NCBI GenBank assembly: GCA_002633005.1
Contig: NMRA01000034.1
Coordinates: 64,771 to 128,770 of the forward strand
DNA from: Phoronis australis
Taxonomy: Eukaryota; Animalia; Phoronida
DNA length: 64,000 bases
Direction of reading: 5' to 3'
A model generated the notes under the pieces. That model ran no database searches, was not told the DNA's origin, and saw nothing but the letters and a program-made list of their open reading frames with translations. This document shows positions 59,380-64,000 of this stretch, piece after piece (within the stretch, counting starts at the first letter, position 1; each line of letters starts with the position of its first letter). Both the position numbers and the translations under genes were made by a program.

Positions 59380-59553
59380 ACATCATGGACTAACTTGCAT
59401 TTCTTAAACATACATGGACAGTGACCAGCACAATAGCCCAGACTTATTTCAAAATGACTATCTTTCTCATGCAACATCATGGACTAACTTGCATTTCTTA
59501 AACAAACATGGACAGTGACCAGCACAACAGCCCAGACTTATTTCAAAATGACT
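59380..59553. repeat. Tandem duplication, 94-bp period x ~1.85
   Basis: catcatggactaacttgcatttcttaaaca..catggacagtgaccagcacaa.agcccagacttatttcaaaatgact at 59381 and 59475. Confidence 0.9.
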
Positions 59554-62441
59554 CATGTAGTGCCTTATCCACAAGTCTGTATTTAACCAAACACCTGTAA
59601 AACTAAACGTTTAACTCGGTAAAAATATAGATTTTATGAATGTTGAAAGCCTATAGAATTGGATTTCGATGATTTATCAATAAGCCATTGACTGGCTCAT
59701 CGGAGTGACCACGTCTTTGTAAAATGTAGCAAAAAAAGGAAGGAATTTCATTTGATATAGATGTTCACAATGAAATCTAAAAACAATGGTTCATCAGTTT
59801 TCAAAGTTATGCTTTCATTTCATATTTTAATTTTTCATGAAAATCATTAGTCCTATTTTTAGGAACATTTCAAAAACAATTCCCAACACCCTTTGAAGTC
59901 CAGTGTATAAACAAAAGTACCTTAAAGTTTTACATGAATATGGTCAGTCATTTCCGAGATATGGTGTTCCAACTTTAGCCAAATTTAGACATTTTTCTAG
60001 ATCCAACAAGAGTAGGGAATAGTGGAAATGCCCTTAGCAAATCAACATACTGCAAACGGATCCAATCTGTCACAATGCTGGTCTAGTGTAGAGAAGTGTG
60101 TGGACTTATTCCCCAAGTCCACTCAGCTTGATGTATATCTATGAACATGTGGTGACTGTCTATGTGATCTAAGACCAACATGTGATCAATAACGGACCAT
60201 GTTCACCTCCTCAGGCTTTTACACAGAGTTAGTCCTACATTTGAGCAAGTGAAGTGATGTATCAAAACAACACCAGTATGGCAAGTTTTAAATAAATGAG
60301 TAGTATACATCGTGCACCAAAACATTAATAACAAGTACAGTACCTGAGATGTCCTTTAGATTGGGACATAAACACAAACATTCTTGGAAAAATGTCAAAA
60401 TCGGATTGGAATTAGCCATTAATCTGCTTGCTACTACTTATCATTCATAACATCCTACCACGTCTTGATCTAAGGCAGCACTTAACACTTGTTGAACACT
60501 TCCAGTCTGACTGATGAATTACAGTTAGTGACAATGACCTTCATGTCACTCAGGAGGCCTGGTTCAAACATGAATGAGGACTGTAATAAATGACCCAGTT
60601 TTGCCTTAATATGGCTGCCTTAGGCAATGTCCAATGTCAAAAAAACACCAACATTTCAACTCACAGTTCACCATTCACTACATGGTGACACCGTAGAAAG
60701 CTGCCTCTTTCTCAATCCGATTAGATGGAGAGGCGACAGCAGTTCATCACCGTGAGGATGTTCGAGGGTTAATGGTTCCTACTCCCCAGTCACTACCTCA
60801 ATGCATGCATTTCCACAGGTAGGACCCTTGTTACAAAAGTACCACATGGTGAAATTTGAGGTGTTCACTGAATCTTTCACTACTACAACCGCGAATAAAG
60901 TCCGCAGTTTTGTGGTAAGATAAGCGACTGGGAAAAATGAACCACAGGGAAGTGGATGTTGATGGTATTTTTGCCAACAACAAAACTGTCAGCGGAAACA
61001 TGCTTTTTCCAGGAAGTGGGCAGGCTAATATGTTCAATATGATACACTAACAGGGCCCTCGATTTTAAGACCACATAATGGGAAATTGGCTCTATAAATA
61101 GGGGTTGGAAAGCCATGCACTTACCCATGGTTAAGAAGAGTAAAACAGTACAAAGTAAAACGACGGGTGTCGGTACTAAAACATATTAAAATATTCCTTC
61201 CATTCCTCTCAATGGGAAAATTCCTGTGAGAAGATAAAGGCACCATACCCCTTACGTGACCGAATGTCCCGACTTATAGTTTGTATTATGCCTTTTCCTT
61301 CCTTAAAAACCAACAAGAGCAACGCAGAGGGTTGAAATGTGCTCACGAATACTCTCGAGTTCCGAATAGCCGTATCTATACCATTATTTATTTCAGACTT
61401 GTTTTCTGGTCTATACGGAGCTTATTCGGGTCTCTGTGTTTATTAATTTTCCAAACTTTTTCCACTCACCACAATTATTTGGTTCTGAAATTCGGAGTAG
61501 GCCATTTCATACTTTTATTTCATTGGATGTTACACAAAAACTTAGTTGGTGACACCCCGTATCGTACCCAAACTTTCTGATTAGAGCACTCAGTCCTAAC
61601 CTCTCGACCACGAGAAACTCAGTTTGGGTTTGTAATTTAGAAAGGCTATATACGACTCCACGCTACGCATGGAAGTCACGTCATATGCATTAAAAAAGAC
61701 TTTATTCGCTAAAATATACAAAAGTATGTTTCAAAGCTTAAAACAATCGGACTCCCAAGCAAGGGTTTACGCAGTGGCTGACTTTTGGACGGCCAGAATG
61801 TTATTTCAGACAGGTTCGGTGGGAGGGTCAGAATTAAAAAAGACTAGCAAAATTTAAAAAAACTTGAAATGATGACCACTTTCTCGATATTTTCGGCTGG
61901 TCGGCTGTCACTCAAATAAATAGGCCATCTGTCATTTCAGAAATAAGAAATTAAGTGCACAGAAAGTTTTTTCTTAGCGCATTTTTCAACATTCCGCGTG
62001 CCTCGTGACACAGGTCGGTGCAACCGGCAACCCAACATACCTATCAATGGAAACGCTTTTGACGATTCTTATTGGTTGTTACTTGTGCATTTCTCATTTA
62101 GACAAACACTATTGGTTAGTTTTGGTGCATCTCTCATTGTCACTAGCCAATCAAATTTGAACTCATCTAACAGGGTTTCTTTGGCTGATCCAATATTTAT
62201 GATTACATCCTGTGAAAAACTGGCAAGCAGTTACAATTATTCACTGTGTCTGTGCCCGACATTTGCAGTTTCGGGGGGAGTAATTCCGGGATTTTGCACA
62301 GCCAGTGTCATCTGCGATTTCCGTCGTGATTGACATACTTAGTAATGTCGTTTGCCATGCAAAGGCCTAAAAAGGACTCGAGGATTGTTTAACAAGAGTC
62401 TCCAACTACGGATGTTGACACAGATGCTGATACTACAAGTA

Positions 62442-63927
62442 CCGTATTTGCCGTAATAACCGCCCATGCCCCTATACGTGCTCCCACCATGCGTTTTCAG
62501 ACTTTGCTAAAATAAGCACCCAGTCCATGAACGTGTACGTGCCAAAAATGTCTTACCTACAGTACTACAATTCTACAGTAACGTCTTCAATTTATAAATA
62601 ATATCCGTCAGTCCTGAAAAAAATCGTGCGCAGAATTTGTAGACGAGCCTCGCCGCTATGTCAGTATTTAGCCGTGACTATACACTTCAAACTTCCCCCA
62701 TGCCTCAAAACAAACACAAAAGTTCTGCTGACATTGCGAGGACCAATGGTCTGGTGTTTCAGAACAGAAATAGTGTACTTGTCTACGGGATTGCTTTGTA
62801 GATACTTCCCGCTTTCAACAGGAATCCAAATTTCTTTGTAGGCCTACATGTGAAAACCGCGAATCAAAGACTAATGAAAAGCTTGGCCAGTGTTAAAAGC
62901 ACGTGGCCATGAAGCGCACGCTACATACATGAACCTGACATCAAAGGCATTAGTCGGGAACTATCCATTCATGAAACGGGTAGCATAGCATCGGCAAGAA
63001 AAGAATATTGGCACTAATTTCTGACAGTTTCTCATACTATAAAAAATGTTTGCGTTATTTTTAAGATGAATTGTTTAATTAACCATAATTGGTGTTTTTA
63101 AGCCAAATATCTGAATAAATGACCACTGACAGTGAATGCTTACACACCCTTACACCGAAAAATAACTGTCAGATAGTCACGTACGCCGCATCCAGCCACA
63201 CGGCGACTAATATGGCCTTAACGAGACAAATGTCGAACGTTTTTAGCACGAGACCGGAAAAGTGCTGAATGAAACACGCTCTGGTTTAGGTCTACTGCTT
63301 GTGCAAATTTCTTTAGATACAATGCACATCTAGCTCGTTAGATTGCGTGGCTCTGGCCAAAAGACAGTATCTGCTCTGGCAAATGAACTCTGGTGACACG
63401 CACGCGCTCGCTTACTCACAAACTCAGACAACTTCAAAACAAACGTCACGTGACAACAACATGTGTGTTTGTCCAGACATTTTTCTCATGTTGCCCATCA
63501 TTCATGTAGATGTCACGATGTACTAGCAGATTTTTATTTAACCTGCCGTGATCCCGACTCCACGGGAACTTGGAAAACTTAAGGAGGATTTCAGGTAATT
63601 TGCTTGAGTCGAAACTGTATTTTTATTCAAGCATTCAAGTTGCCAAATCGACGATTGCAAGGCAGGCAGTCGGCGAGTTTTCGCCCTGGGATTTCACCAC
63701 AATTTTCTGAAAAAGATCGTAATTTAGCAGCAAACTTTGATAGCAATGCACCACAGTTTTGTAGAAAGTCTTTGATAGATTACAGATACGTCAAAGTGCG
63801 TAAATATGATGAATCTTAGCTTCCGATTTCACCCATTTCGGATACCGGGTTTCAACGGCCTTGGGTTATAATAAGTGCCCCCGTGAAACAAACAAAGTGC
63901 CCTGGGCGGTTATTACGGCAAATACGG
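62442..63927. mobile_element. Young non-autonomous Tc1/mariner-superfamily element (~1.49 kb) with perfect 25-bp TIRs
   Basis: TA|CCGTATTTGCCGTAATAACCGCCCA ... TGGGCGGTTATTACGGCAAATACGG|TA, with subterminal ATAAG(C/T)(A/G)CCC motifs. No transposase ORF is present. Confidence 0.88.
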
Positions 63928-64000
63928 TATTTGTATGATAAAAATTGCCACTAAATAGTGCAAAACATGTCGAATCCATCCGTAAACGATAACAAGTCAT

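Noticed and set aside
62442-63927. Autonomous transposase gene inside the TIR element
   Set aside because: No ORF longer than ~71 aa and no DDE/D or HTH motif was recognisable.

Overview
AT-rich, intron-rich eukaryotic DNA, most likely from a marine invertebrate (a deuterostome such as a hemichordate is my inference). Three multi-exon genes can be spliced in frame by hand. They are a SPATA48/SPMIP7-like gene (+, 5 coding exons, 1137-5789, ~422 aa), the spliceosomal DEAD-box helicase DDX23/PRP28 (-, 16 visible coding exons, 9138-27565, 5' coding end lost at an N gap) and tousled-like kinase TLK (-, 20 coding exons, 33486-58226, ~705 aa). A probable first exon of a fourth, divergently transcribed membrane-protein gene lies at 548-719. 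Introns and intergenic DNA hold many non-autonomous elements: Kolobok with a THAP remnant, Tc1/mariner-type and PIF/Harbinger-type MITEs, a 6-bp-TSD hAT-like family, a Helentron/HINE-like repeat, a tRNA-derived SINE, an RTE tail and minisatellites. There are two single-N assembly joins. The most interesting observations are a 37-bp duplication giving DDX23 twin 5' splice sites, the distal one carrying a stop codon, and a repeat with ~155-160 bp phased, co-oriented CTCF-like motifs next to the DDX23 promoter. No prokaryotic-type systems (CRISPR, operons) are present, and most ORF-track entries are spurious.
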